Below are positions 50,866 through 64,000 of a stretch of 64,000 nt of DNA, one piece after another. The stretch is from Phoronis australis (taxonomy: Eukaryota > Animalia > Phoronida). The position numbers were made by a program, and so were the translations under genes. Each line of letters starts with the position of its first letter. The stretch's first letter is position 1. Location: contig NMRA01000065.1 in assembly GCA_002633005.1 (NCBI GenBank), forward strand, positions 611,066-675,065, given 5' to 3'. The notes below the pieces were generated by a model. It was given only the letters and a program-made list of their open reading frames with translations, was not told the DNA's origin and ran no database searches.

Positions 50866-53800
50866 GGTACATGTATAATACACGCACTGCTGGCTTAACG
50901 ATTGAAGGTTTGTATCGGGGCAATATCTATTCATGAATCTGGTAGCATAGCATCGGCAAGAAATAAATACTGGCACTTATTTCCCAAAGTTTCTAATACC
51001 GTATAAACATTTGCGCAAGTTTTAAGAGGAATTATTAAATTAATCGTAATTGGTGTTTTTAAAGTCAAAATGACCCACTGATAGTGAACACTTCCGCGCC
51101 CTTTCACCCCCCCCCCGAATCTCCCGAAAAATAAGTGTTAGACTGTTACACATCCAGTCACCCGATGACTCAATATCGGCCTTACCGAGAGCAATTCTCG
51201 AACGTTTTTTAGCAGATAAGATGAATAAGTGCTAAATAAAACACGTTCTGCTTTACTGCTTGTGCTAATTTCTTCGGTTGCACATCTAGATGGTTACGTC
51301 GCGTTCACTCTGACAAATGAACTCTGATTACACGCACGGGCTCGCTCACTCACACACGCAGACGAACGTCCATCACGTGACATCAACATGTGTGTTCGTC
51401 CAGAGATTTTTCTTGTGTTGCGGAGTACCATCAAGCGCAGATTTGGACTTGATATGCAGTTAATCCCGCCTCCACAGGAACTTAAAAATGTTAGGAGGAC
51501 TTCAGGTAATTTGTTGAGTCGAAACTATATTTTTACTCAAGAATTCAAGTTGACCTGTCGGCGATCGCGAGGCTGAGTGACGTATCACTGAGTCGCCAAG
51601 TTTTCGCACTGCCGGGGTATTTTCTGAAAGATGCTCGTAATTTAACAACAAATATTGATAGCAATGCACAGCAGTTTCGTAGAAATTCTGTCATAGGTTA
51701 CAGATGCGTCACAGAGCGTAAATTTGATGAATTCTAGCTCACGATTTCACCTGGCGGACGGAGACCGGGCGTGCGTTCAGTGAACGCTAGGACCTACGCT
51801 AGGACTTAGCTAAAATCTAGCCAAAGTCACGTGATCTCATTTAAAATACACGGCAATATCTCACGTAATCTCGCGAAGTCTTGCTTTTTAGCGAGGTCCC
51901 AGCGTTACTGAACGGGAGGCGTGTTTCAACCACTTTGGGCTATAATAAGCGCTCCCCCTTCCTGAAGATAATTTTTCTAAGCCCCCTGTTTGTCTGCTGA
52001 GAAGTCACGAAAAATCGTGAGCTACATTACAATACTTGTCGTGTTCTTATAGACTTTATACTGAAAGCAGCCTTTATCATCCTCACTTGTTTCACGTGAC
52101 CTCTGTATTCGGGATGAAAATCTGATCATGCTTTCTACAGGAGGCATTTATATAGTCAAGTAACATGTGGACATTTTGGGAACAAAAGAGCGGGCGGACT
52201 AACAAAAAAAAAACGGGCGCACCACAGTGAGTTGTGCGTTTGTTAGTGGACTTTTGTCTCATTTTCTCGGACTTATTTTTTCTCACAGGCGGACCGTTTT
52301 GCACACTTCGCCAAATGGGGGGGCTCGTTCGAGCCCCCCTCTGAGTGCGCGCATGACAGCTGATCACCTGCAACAGGATACCTTTGCCCTGTGGAGGACT
52401 GGGAAGTAATTTGAATTCACTTCTTTAAACTTCTCACAACTAGTCACACACACTTATTCAACTATGTTCCTCTGTGCCTCCCACTGCACAGATGAAGTAT
52501 CTTCTCACTGGTAGTTGGTTCCATGTAGTCAACCCCCATTGCTACTTGAAAGTCTTCCATTTTTCACTTGAGTCAGTCACACCAAACTTCATACAGATAG
52601 CAAAATGATAACACTAGCCAGCCATACCACTCCAAAAAGTGAAGTTATTGGGGCACTGGCGGCTATATAACGTCCACAGAAATCTGGTCAACAGTGGTTT
52701 TGCCTTTACCTGTAATTGTCAATGAATCTTTCACCTTGATACTGTCCTCCGCTTTAAACGCCCTGCATCAAAACCACTTGAAGATTCCTCAAAAATAACG
52801 TTTGTTCAGACACACTCCAGAGCATCTTTGTTAACAGGACAGTCAAAGATAAAACCAAAAATAAACGATATTGTTCATGTAACGCTGAGAGATTTGAAAA
52901 GTCGCAACAGGGGAGGGGGCAACCACGATTTTTGAAGGAAAATGTTATGAAAATGATTAATCGGCGGTGTTTTGTATTTTTAGCCGTGCGAATAAGATTA
53001 CTGATCTTTGTAAAACCAGTGAGATTTGAATTTTGACTCTCGCAAAAGGTGTTATGCCAAAACTACTGCTGTTTGTCTGGTAAGTACCCTAATTCCATGA
53101 CTACGAGCACTTTTCAGGAATAAAATACAGTACCCTCGGTGCCTAGAAAATACGAAATTTGATAAACTGATTCGCAGTTCGCGGGACAACTAGTAGCAAA
53201 TATTCACTTTTTGTTGACGTTTGTCGGCATTACTCATTGTGGTGAAGTGGCGTAACCACCACTCACTTTCGTCTTCAAATGACATTAAATCCGTTAGCGC
53301 CAGAGGATTTTTTGTCTTATTTTCTAGATCTAAGTTAGCTCTACACACTGGTTGGTACTAAAATGTTCTGAAACCTGTGCCAGCTGAGATATCGGGATTC
53401 GAATTAAGCCAATTTTGACAGTTTCAAAAATCACTAAAAGTACTCATCTTATGAGGCTCTAAAAACAGACAGAAAATATCGAAATCTTTTAAATTTGCAT
53501 GAATAAAGTAGTCGAAGGTCACACTTGGTCAATAACACAGGTTCAATATTTCAACGTTACTTCCACTGTGTAACGCAACTGTCGAAATTTTACTAAAACT
53601 CAACTGCAGCCAGGCTCAAAACTTGCCGGAAACACATAGTATCCATGGAAACCAAAAGGGGCGTTTTGAAAAAATAAAGGTGTCTGAAGCAATGAGCTAT
53701 ATACATAGAGGTGGCAGGACTGTACTCGCACTGAGCCAGACAGCGAGTAACACTCGGTTCGCCATATTGATGATGAACGATATGTAAACAAGAACACGGT

Positions 53801-56562
53801 GGCCTTATGGAAGTCGAGGAATTTTCAGAATAAAATTTGAAACCTTAAATACTAACGAAGTTTTAAAATATTGGTAACATAAAGCAATGTAAACCTGTGA
53901 GCCACGCATTGCGTAAACGGTCATACAAGCCATTGCAAAGACAACTGAAAATGCCTAATGCTTTGGCTGAAATTCTCACGGAGTGCTGCTAGGGCCTGGG
54001 AGGTTTTGCCGGCTCAGTCGAAAAGACGAAATGTATAAAGTTTAGAAAATGATATTACATAGGCGGATCTGGGGGGTGGCAGCCCCCCCCCCCTGGCTGC
54101 CGCAAAAAATGAAACAGAAAGAGCATGAGGAAATATTAACGTCGGTAAACAACATACGGCCCGGGGGATCAGAATGGCATTGCAAGTGTCCGATCGAGAT
54201 CACCCGTTTTTTGTTTTTAGTCCTCCGACTGTGTTTTACAAGAAGGTCCACAACCACGAAAATCCGAATGACACGGCATGACAGATGAGGTAAAAACGTC
54301 GTTGCACGTCAATTCGCCTGGATATCAGGGTTGCGGCACCACAGTATTTCCCCTAATCAAATCAAAACATATCTTAGAGTAAAGAAGCTAGTTACCTAAA
54401 GAAATCAGCTATAGAACTGCTCTTTCAGCGATGGCTCCATCTAAAATGCTTGGCTACTTCAGAAGTGTCGACGGAAGCGCGCACAATTAATCTCCCCGCG
54501 TTTTGCCGATGAGCCACGAAAACTCAGCAATTCACAATGCAAAAAATTATATTTTCAGAGTGAACCCCCCCTCAATTTTTTCCAAGTTGGTTTACTTGGG
54601 GTTTACACACGCTAGCGGTGCCGTTTTTGTTATGCTGGAGACGTTTTTTTATTTTTGGGTCCTGGCCCAAGGGGAGGGGATTAAACCGGCCGCCTGAACC
54701 CCCGTAGATCTGCCACTGGGACAAAACATAAAAATGATGGTTTTCCTCAAGTACGACAGTTGCAGATTTTAATAGCTTGCTAGGCTAGATAATATTTTCC
54801 CCATCTCTTGAAATCTACAGAAACAACCCATCTACCGTCCCAATATAATATTGTGGGGGTGTAGCATTCAAGTTCTTGGGGTATCCCTTTTTTCTATATT
54901 AATAAATCTTCAAATTGGTGTCCACTCTGTAAAAATGTAGACATTTTTTGTGTTTCTTCATTACTAGAAAACAACAGATATCTTCGTCACTAAACCCTTA
55001 AATATATATCGGACTCAGGAAAGTGAAGTAAAAGTCCATGAAACATGGTGGGTGTTCTCGGGACCAAATGAAGTTGAACAATATTATTTCTACCGCCGGA
55101 TTCTCACCAACAAAATCATTTTAGTTCAGTTTTAATTTCCAAGCCTTGAAAGACTACAAAATTATATCATTGATTCTGGGTCTAACCCTTATACTGGAAA
55201 TCAAACTTTATTTTTGATGTTTTCTGCTATAACTAAATACAGGGCTTGAGGCCCTTTAATTCTGTGCTCAAGTATGCAATGATTTTCGTGGATGATTTTC
55301 CAAAAATTCTAGTTTGCACTCGATGATCTTGACATAAAAGCTATGAGTTTTTATTTGAAATCCCGTGCTGTTACCAACTGTTTTCTAGGTAGTACACACG
55401 CATCTCGGGTAACATAGTTCATCAGCAAGATGGCGGACCACTCCACTCAACGAAAACCCCGAGATGTCAACTCTAGTTATATTTATCTCATTGGTCTGGA
55501 GTCAGTGGGCCAGTGTCATCACACAAAGAAAATATAAAGAGAATCTCTGACATATCGTTTATCACTCTCTGCCCGGTCCATTCGCGAACATGCTCTTGAG
55601 TGTATGCCTATAGCTTCTGATGAGCTACGTGGACATATAGCCTACTGTGTGCACAGGCAAGTAACGGAGGTTATTTTATAAAGTTTGATGAAATAACCGA
55701 ATCCATTTATTATGTTGCCGGGGAATGAATTTTCTCATATGACTCACTTTGATCTTAACCAAACTTTGTAGAATTGATCATGTGGAGAATTTCTCGCTTA
55801 CACTGGTGACCACAGCCAATTTCTCAGTAGCTATACAGCAATGCACAATTGCAACAGGGGCCGCCACCATCTTGAAGAAGAGTGCAAATACAGCCGAGCA
55901 AGTGCCCTTTTTAATTCTCAGCATATTCACAAATACAAACAAACCACATTCACTTGACCTACATTTTTAAAATACCTAACTATAAATGCATCCAAGCTTG
56001 GTCTACCCCTAAATTTTAATGTTTTGGCACTGCAAATTGGCCGCGGCCACAGCCTAAGTGTTCAGTGCCACCTTAGTTACTGAACGGGAGGATGAACGGT
56101 GTTCGCATCCTGACAATGCTTTCAAAAACCAGCGTCACCGATACCACAATGCACAGCACAGTTTTATGATGACGTCGCTGATTCATGAAGTGTCGTCTCA
56201 AAGAGTTAGGGATATTCGTAGCTGCAGAGGGATGTAACGCTCTTCGTACCCGTGATTCCTCAACAAATAAGCGATACACTCGGTGATAACTCAGTGACGG
56301 TCAACCTATTCAGCGACACAGAATAGCCTACTCTTGTGTTAAGCCACGACGGGACTGACTCGTGAGGTTGTATGCATGAAATTTATTATCGCCGTTGCAT
56401 TACACTGTTTTGAGGTAGGCTGTTGAGATTAGCGCTTTCTCGCCTTGAGTGGATTCTTAGTCGAGAGGACTTGTGTTACCCTGTGTTTAACTAGAATCCG
56501 CGTTGTGTTTACCCAAGACTACTTACAATAGTATAGTGAACTATATTGTAAACAAAGCCATC

Positions 56563-57690
56563 ATGCTGAGACGGGCACGTAGGAAATTATTTCTAGTGGC
56601 TGCTATTGTATTTGCTTTCTTTCTCGCCGTCTGGTGGTCACGGACACACGCTCGGACGCCACTCGCGCCGGGGCTCGCGCGTCAGACCTTTTCCGCCCAT
56701 GAAAAACATATGCAACCAACAGGCTTCTCGGCCAAGTTGCCAGGAAGCCACATCTTTTTTGTAAGACGACTTAAAGGAGGTCTTGGAAATCAGATGTTTC
56801 AGTACGCTTCCCTTTACTGTGTGGCTGTAAGACATAATGCCGTTCCTGTGCTACCACCTGGAACGTACATGAGCAAAGTCTTCAAAAGGTTACGGGGAAA
56901 ACAGAGGAACACGGCTCGTATCAAAGTCGAGAGGGTTCTTCGTGAGAAAGGGGGCGGGTCGTATGTACCGGACGTCATCACCATGCCCCACGTGGACACA
57001 GAATTCCAGGGCTACTTTATTTCCTACAAATATCTGAAAGATTGTAGTTCTGATATTCGTCATCAATTCGTTTTTGAAGATACTGTGTACAAAAGTGTGT
57101 CATCGTTTTTACGTGAAGCATTGGTTAAAGTTAACAGGACTATATCAGACACTCGATTAGTTGAAAATGTGAAACGTGTAACGGGAATTAGCGTCAACTC
57201 TGCTGGTATTTTTACACAGACAGAGTTCACAACATCCGAAAAACTGTCTGACACACGCGTCACACTCATTGGGATCCACGTGCGCCGTGGAGACAAGGTA
57301 AAAGAGAAGCGCTTAACAGATTACGGTTACGTGGTACCTGACGCAGCGTACTTTAGGAAAGCAATGGCGTATTACAGGAAAAAGCATTCTAAAATAGTTT
57401 TCATAGTATGCACAGACGACAAAGAATGGGTGCGCTTGAATATCCTCAAAGAATCGTCTGCTTCTTCCAGTATAGTGCTGTCGCCATTTATCAAGGCAGA
57501 AGAAGACATGGCCGTATTGTCGGTGTGTGATCACGTGCTGCTATCCGACGGAAGTACGTTTGGCTTTTGGGGTGCCTACCTCTCCGGGGGCGAGGTAGTT
57601 TATTGGTCGAACTGGCCAAGAAAGGGCAGCAGTTTAGACGCAGAGATTACAAAAACAGACTACTGGCCCCCTGAATGGGTTAGTCTGTAG
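56563..57690 (+). CDS. Galactoside alpha-1,2-L-fucosyltransferase (GT11, FUT1/FUT2-like), single coding exon, 375 aa
   Basis: Type-II anchor MLRRARRK-LFLVAAIVFAFFLAVWW. GT11 motifs GGLGNQMFQYA, IGIHVRRGD, FIVCTDD, DMAVLSVCDH..STFGFWGAYL and YWPPEW. Confidence 0.93.
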   Translation: MLRRARRKLFLVAAIVFAFFLAVWWSRTHARTPLAPGLARQTFSAHEKHMQPTGFSAKLPGSHIFFVRRLKGGLGNQMFQYASLYCVAVRHNAVPVLPPGTYMSKVFKRLRGKQRNTARIKVERVLREKGGGSYVPDVITMPHVDTEFQGYFISYKYLKDCSSDIRHQFVFEDTVYKSVSSFLREALVKVNRTISDTRLVENVKRVTGISVNSAGIFTQTEFTTSEKLSDTRVTLIGIHVRRGDKVKEKRLTDYGYVVPDAAYFRKAMAYYRKKHSKIVFIVCTDDKEWVRLNILKESSASSSIVLSPFIKAEEDMAVLSVCDHVLLSDGSTFGFWGAYLSGGEVVYWSNWPRKGSSLDAEITKTDYWPPEWVSL

Positions 57691-60600
57691 CTTGTAGGCC
57701 ACTGAGCTGTGCGATAAATCGATACTATCCCACAGGACTATTTATTGGCACTTTTTGCTCTACTTGAGATAATTATAAGTAGCTGTAATGGTCTTGGGTT
57801 GTAAAGATGATGATGGTGTGCCCAGCAAGTCAGTAAAGATAATCTGTAAATGTAGTCTTTCGGTGAACCAGCTGGGCTCAATTGCATTAAATTTATACGC
57901 CGTATAGCAACAATGACGTCGCATTATCACGCACCACGTTGTTATTATTGAACGATGCACCTGACGTCAAGCAACAATCAAATTTATCCAGCGGTTAACT
58001 TTGAAGTTTTATGCAACCAGGAAGAGATCTCTTCCTGATGCAACCCAGCTTTGGAGAAACTCAAGAAAAATAGGACCGCAAGACACGACAATCAATTTGA
58101 GCCAAGTTTCGATTAATGCCTCAGGAGAAGTTTGAAATACATTCACATGCGCGCACCCAGCCTAAAATATAGGGGGCTCGAATTTTTGACAATGTTGACC
58201 TTTTACTAACAAAAAAAAACGGGGGACCAAAAAAGAAAAAGAACGGGGTACCACGTTTAGAGCTAGGAATTGTGCATCAGCGCCTTTTTAGTGGACTTTT
58301 GTCTAGTTTTCCCGGACTTTTTGTTTCTCTGATGCGCACTTTTTTGCCCTCTTCGCGAAATGGGGGGGGGTCGTTTGAGCACCCCGACCCCCCCCCCCCC
58401 NCCCCCCCTGGGTGCGCGCATGAAATGTAATACTGACAAGTTGTAGAACAATGGCCCGTTCCGAATCGTATGATTCTGGCGAGAGAAATCTTGTGAGATC
58501 ATGTGCTTTCCTAAGTGTGTTCTGTGGCAATATCTCGCGAACGTTTGCGTGACCTATACAAACTCGAATCCTAGCCTTCGAGATGCAGCAATGAGCGACG
58601 TTGGCGCAACAGCAACACATATGCAATGTGGTAGCTTGTCCTTTGTAATCTATCGGTAACTATGCATAGAACAGTTGTGAACGTTACGCTGTCAGTATTG
58701 TCGTCAAATGATCCATAGTTTGACTATTTTGAAAGGGCATCACACAATATATACGAATCCTAGGTTTGTTGAATGTTGGCTGTTGTTGAATTTTCCTGTT
58801 TACAAAAATGGCGATGGAATTTTCGAGAACTGGCTTCCGCGTGGAGTGAGTGTTTTGCCGTTGAACATTTGCAAGCGGCAAGTCTTTTTGAAAGTGTTTT
58901 TGGACACCGTTGGCATATTTTATACCCTGAATGTTATCTTCAGCAGTTTTAGAAGATTTTCTTAAAAATTAAGAATTCATTATGCCAGAGGCTTGACACA
59001 GTGAGCAAAGTGGCCGCATTATGGCGTTTTCCCGTTGCTCCCAACTTGTTCGATTCTATAGCCAACAACAAGTTCGGAAGATGACCCCTGTAGCCAATAT
59101 CTTACATGACTGATTAACTCCATTCTGGCATTTATGGTTGGAGGGTCAGCTCTCTTTTGTTCGAATTGCTCTAATCTCCAATAAGATCGTATCTAGCCTG
59201 ACTGGGCTGTGCTTTTAAAAATAAAAGTTAAGTTATAACATTTTTTTTAACATAAACCAATGGCATTTCCGAATTCCTCGTCAATCAGATCATGTTTAGA
59301 TTTTGAATCGACAAAATCGCCCAACTACAACCGAAGTTACGACAATCTATTCTTTCCAAATGGGTTTGACTGTGTTCACAGGTGGTCTGTAATAAGCCTG
59401 ATAGATAATTGGCCAGCCTGTTGTCACAGACAAAAGACTGTGTTTGGCAGTTAGTCGCAAAGGAGCTCACAACCCTCAACGTCTGGTAAGGTCATTGAAC
59501 GGGAGACCATGAATGTGGACCTGCGTGTATTTAATACTAGGCTTACGTCATATTCGCCTTGTTACGGAATTCCAAGCCTGTCATTTGTTAACACATAGGG
59601 GACGTGTTACCGCGTTAATATAGGCCCCTATTTGTCTTGAATAACACGTTAATATTCTCTTTGTAGATGTACGTACGGTGTTGCCTGTCTCAGCTGTCCT
59701 CAGTTTCACAAAAGTTTGTAATGTTCCGATTCTAAACTGTTCATGTTTTTCATGCTGTTATTCGTTGTCATTTACATAGCGCCTATGCCAGTACCGGCCC
59801 AAACCATGCCATTACATTCAAATCGCCAAATCAACGGTGAGCTAACATACACGCAATGAATGTGAATTCTGAGTGCACCCTGATGGTTTGATATGAATTG
59901 ATCAGGGCACCAGTTTATTATGATAAATTCAAAAAGGAAATGGCAACAGGTTGAAAGCAGTGGCTGAAACTGTCGCTAACGGATACTTTCCCACAGATTC
60001 ACAGGGTTCACTTCCTCACGACAATCTATCAAGACAACAGCAGTACTGTTTCTTCCAGTTTCTGAATCTTTGTTCATGCCGTCAGTACGGTCGAATGTGT
60101 AAAGTTCAAGTAATCGACCGCTTCTTTGCGTCTGAGATCTTCCAGCCGTCCCTGCCGCGTTACATCGTACGGTACGTGACGCGAACATTCCCTTGGCAAC
60201 CTCACAACACATTTCCCCTTTACAAAAAGATCAGCGCGTTAAAGCGTCATTCCTGTGTTTACTATCTGTTACGACGTTAAATAACATTGCGCGTGCGACG
60301 TCACTCCATTGCAGAACCAAGCCTGTAGCGCTTGACTGGACTTGGATGTTTGAAGGCAAATTATATAAAGTAACCCGAATTTCACGTTCACTGATTCCCG
60401 GCATTTCTGGCGTATTGGGGATCGAATGGTACCGACATGCATGGCTGCATGAGAATTCAGTGATACATCAAGTTCTTACATAGAGTCGGACCCAGGATTT
60501 TGAGTTAGGGGAGGCCAGCGTAGAGTATTAGCCAGGATTTTGCCCTTCAGACATTCACACCCCCGAACTGCCAAGCTGGGAGAATTTTAGAGGCTGGGGG

Positions 60601-62290
60601 CATGGCTCCCTTTGTGGACTCCCTCTAAATCCGCTAATGACGTTACATGCTTACTGGTAAGGTTATACGCTATTGCCGCTGATACCTTCATGTACCTAAA
60701 CGTGTAAATCAGAAACCAAACCTAATACGTTTTGACGGAGTCCTCACTTTCTTGCAACCATATAATTTAAGACACAAGCACAGCGAGCCTCAGTTCCGAG
60801 GTCTCTAAAAAAGTTACTATCACCATGCACTGTACGCTTCAAGATTTCTTATCAAATGGATCCGTTTTCACCAATGTAAAATTCTCGGCCATTCACGAAG
60901 CTAAGCGCGCAAATCTTGACGGGGATGCATGGAATTAGACGGGTATCCTTCCAGGTGTTTGTCGTGGGCTAACCCTCAAAAGAAATTTTCAGAGTTTATG
61001 CGTGTCAACGTGAGTTCTGGTTCATTACAGTGTTAGTTTGTTGATCTAGACTACTATCTTAAAAAGTTGCTGATTTTTTTGTATTTACAATACTTAGGGT
61101 ACATTGAAACCCATAAAACTACGACGGACTGCCATCACTGAAATCTTACCCCGGAAAATGCCAATAATGGTACGATGGCGCTAGTTGGCTTATCTCAAAA
61201 TCCAACTGGTGGTTTGGTAATTGGCCCAATTCTGTTACGCATCCAACGGGATATTACTAAGTATTGATATGACAACACTATACAAACGTTTTAGGTTGTA
61301 GAAGTCACGTTTCTTGTCCGATTTCCAAAATTTACTTAATCTCGTGGACGAAAAATGCCCAGGGTGTCAAGGTATGATTCTTTTCATGGAAAGCAAAATT
61401 TACGCATCGTTTATGGCGGTTGTATAGATAATGCGTGTCATCTTCGAAAGAATTAATGCCATTCTTGGAATTCGTTTTGCGGCAGTATCGATGTCTAGTT
61501 ATTACACAAATAATGTACCACTCACAACCAGTGGTGTTCAAAGTGTGGCGAAATTTCTATCCTGTCAGTACATATCAACTTCTTATGCTGCCTCGTATTT
61601 TTTATTTTTTTGGAGCGCACATCTCGATTTCGAAGAGTGGTCGCAGCGTTAAAGGAGCTTTGACGTATTATGAGAGGTCTAAGCCAAAAGTGCCCCACTC
61701 ATTTTGTTGTGCTCCACTATTTAAAGAAAAAAAGGCCCCGCATTTTGAGAACCAGTTTCCTGAACTAATGCTGATCTAGTCGGCACGGTTCGGACACTCG
61801 CGGAAAGAGACTATATTTGCAAAAATGGAATTGGATCCCAATCCGGCCCAGTTTTCCAGCTGACGGTGGCAAAACAATGGTCCTGACCAATTTCAGGTGG
61901 CATCGACTGGCATTGTAGAACTGAAAAGAAGGATCCTGATCCATGTGCAGCTGGCCTAAGAGCCCGTGGCTGAGTCGTTTTAAACGACTGATAATATATA
62001 GGAAATGGTTGGATAGGGTTTTTGCTCAAGTAAATGTGTCAATTAATCGAACCTTCTTGAACTTAAGATGTGTGGTGAAAGGCCTGTTACTAGTACCGGT
62101 ACGTTTAGGCCGTCTCTCGCCCCACTTCCCGATGCGGCTCCGGCAGCCGACCGCCGCAGGTGATGAGTGACTCACGCGCCGGAAACGAGGTTGACAGTTA
62201 CGCCAAAATAATTTGTTTTTTTTTGTCGTGGGCGACTTGTGTCTGGGGGGAAGGCTTGCAGAAGAGGTTTCATTTCTTGCCTTAGAGTTT

Positions 62291-62455
62291 GAACCACTAT
62301 AAATACTAAGGCGTCTACCCTGCCCCTACTGCATTGACTGACACCGAACCACTATACTAAGGCGGCTGCCCCGCCCCTGCTGCATTGACTGACACCGAAC
62401 CACTATACTAAGGCGGCTACCCCGCCCCTCATACTGCATTGACTGACACCGAACC
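62291..62455. repeat. Tandem repeat of 3 x ~52 bp
   Basis: gaaccactatactaaggcggct.ccccgcccct.ctgcattgactgacacc, three times. Confidence 0.9.
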
Positions 62456-62479
62456 GGGCAGCTGGCGGCACGGCCAGTT

Positions 62480-63120
62480 GATCTTGTCGGCTGAATGTAT
62501 TCTTGTATGTTGGCATCATTTTGGTTTAGTCATCGTGTTACATATAGGTGGGTTCCGAGACAAGCTTCATATCACTTTTTAAACAAAGATGCAAAGATAT
62601 TGATCAGCAAAAATGGCAAGATATTTTGAACAATTCGATTAAGCTGGAAACTTACAGAACTTTGAAGTTAAATATATGTTTTGAAAACTATTTAGATGTA
62701 ATTGACAATGTAAATGTTAGATCTGATATGGTAAGATTAAGATGTTCAGCGCATGCACTAATGATTGAAAAGGGTAGACACTTGAAACTTAGCAGAACAG
62801 AAAGGTTATGCCCTCTCTGTGTTAGGACATATGTCGAGTCAGAATATCATTTTGTTATCGAATGCCCATTCTACGATGACCTTAGGAAACGATATTTGCC
62901 TGCATGGAGCTACAACAATCCCAATGTTACAAAATTCAACAGACTCCTGACTATGGAGGAAAAAGATCTTATATGGTCAACATGTAAATATGTCCATTTC
63001 GCATTCAAGCGAAGAAGAATTCGGTTTACTTCTAGTGTTTTGCCACTTACCTTTATTGTATTTGATGATTTGATTGTAACAAGGGCCGGAGGCCTAGTTA
63101 TTGAATAAATATATATATAA
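62480..63120 (+). mobile_element. 5'-truncated RTE-X-like LINE, 3' end with C-terminal zinc knuckle
   Basis: KLETYRTLK...ENYL...RLRCSAHALMIEKGR...RLCPLC...ESEYHFVIECPFYDDLR. Ends in aataaa followed by (TA)n. Confidence 0.8.
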
Positions 63121-63339
63121 CTTTCTCTTCTTGTTTACCGACACTTTCTCTGATCACAAGGACTTAAGTAGTGCTTCAGTCCTATTCCTAGAACTGTTAA
63201 TGAACAGAGCGAATGAGTACATCTTATTTGATTGGTTAAATTCTTGTTTCTCAACTTAAGTCTTCTCATTGGCACATGTTAGTGATAAATTTGAACTGCG
63301 TGTGCATAACTGTCGTGAAAATAACAACAAAACAAAGTG

Positions 63340-63860
63340 CGGGTTAATACCAGGATAAAAACAAATTTAATTATTCACCAGAGTAAGGTTGTTTAATTGA
63401 TGTGACTGGTGAACATCTCTATTGTTTTTGATGAGATGGTATGTTGTGGAAGTCTATTCCAGAGTAAAACTAAAGTTCACATATACGTATAAACATGTCA
63501 TTCTCTAAAGTTCACGTGCTAATACTGGCATCTACAGAGCTCTAATCATTGTTATGAGCAATTAATGCTCTCTCAATGACAAATAGACCAAGCAGAAACA
63601 ACTAAGGAGCTGAAAATTCATGAGGGATCCACAGACACATCAATTGGTGCAATCTTAGTCTCAATAGGCAACTGGCACACCACAGGTTGTCATAGTCAAG
63701 TCCATTTTTACTCCCCTGTAACTGACTGTGTCTGTGTATCAATGCTTGTTGTTGGGCTTAGCAAGGTGTCCACTGTTTTTTTTTTCTTCTGATGATCATG
63801 GTGTTTTAATCGCTGAAACATGTCAAGCCAGTTTAAATCCCTCTTTGTTTTTATTAAAGT
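63340..63860 (+). mobile_element. Highly decayed Penelope 3' end (GIY-YIG C-terminus) with a downstream hammerhead-like motif
   Basis: IDQAETTKELKIHEG...NLSLNR resembles the GIY-YIG tail, and is followed by CTGATGA..GAAAC.GTC at 63789-63824. Confidence 0.45.
63786..63827 (+). ncRNA. Candidate minimal type-I hammerhead ribozyme
   Basis: ctt-CTGATGA-tcatggtgttttaatcgct-GAAA-cat-GTC-aag: core boxes in order, palindromic ACATGT stem III and a 3-bp stem I. Stem II is imperfect. Confidence 0.45.
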
Positions 63861-64000
63861 AAAATAGTAAATGGGAATAAAGAATTTGCGTAGTATGCAG
63901 TTCGAATATATGCTCTCTCAAAGGTATGAGAGGGTATTACGTGATCTAGAAATATGTAGGGATAGAAGGTATGTGTGGGGAATGGCAACCAGGCTGTGTA

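Noticed and set aside
55610-55660. CTGATGAG as a hammerhead core
   Set aside because: There is no GAAA box or stem II/III downstream.
56503-56562. TTG-initiated extension of the fucosyltransferase
   Set aside because: This is a eukaryotic gene, and ATG 56563 directly precedes the basic tail and signal anchor.

Overview
This is eukaryotic, intron- and transposon-rich DNA, most consistent with a marine invertebrate animal (inference). There is one assembly gap at 23686-24370. Four host genes, all on the + strand, could be spliced by hand. (1) A 2-exon, 129-aa type-I membrane protein with no family I recognise (1626-2307). (2) A complete 10-exon SLC22 organic ion transporter of 569 aa ending in a PDZ-type motif (4772-25576). 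(3) A 4-exon, 281-aa protein with signal peptide, tiny ectodomain, TM helix and a long Tyr-motif-rich tail, resembling a transmembrane adaptor (29387-37632). (4) An intronless GT11 alpha-1,2-fucosyltransferase (56563-57690). The rest is a layered TE landscape: two Academ DNA transposons with intact ends and 3-bp TSDs (one carrying several nested elements), two THAP-bearing transposon derivatives, an unclassified CGGC-ended element in two copies, CR1/L2-, L1/Tx1- and RTE-X-like LINE remnants, two Penelope remnants (one retaining an intron, one with a hammerhead-like motif), and many MITEs and hairpins. No prokaryotic systems or CRISPR arrays were found. All family assignments come from motif recognition, not database searches.
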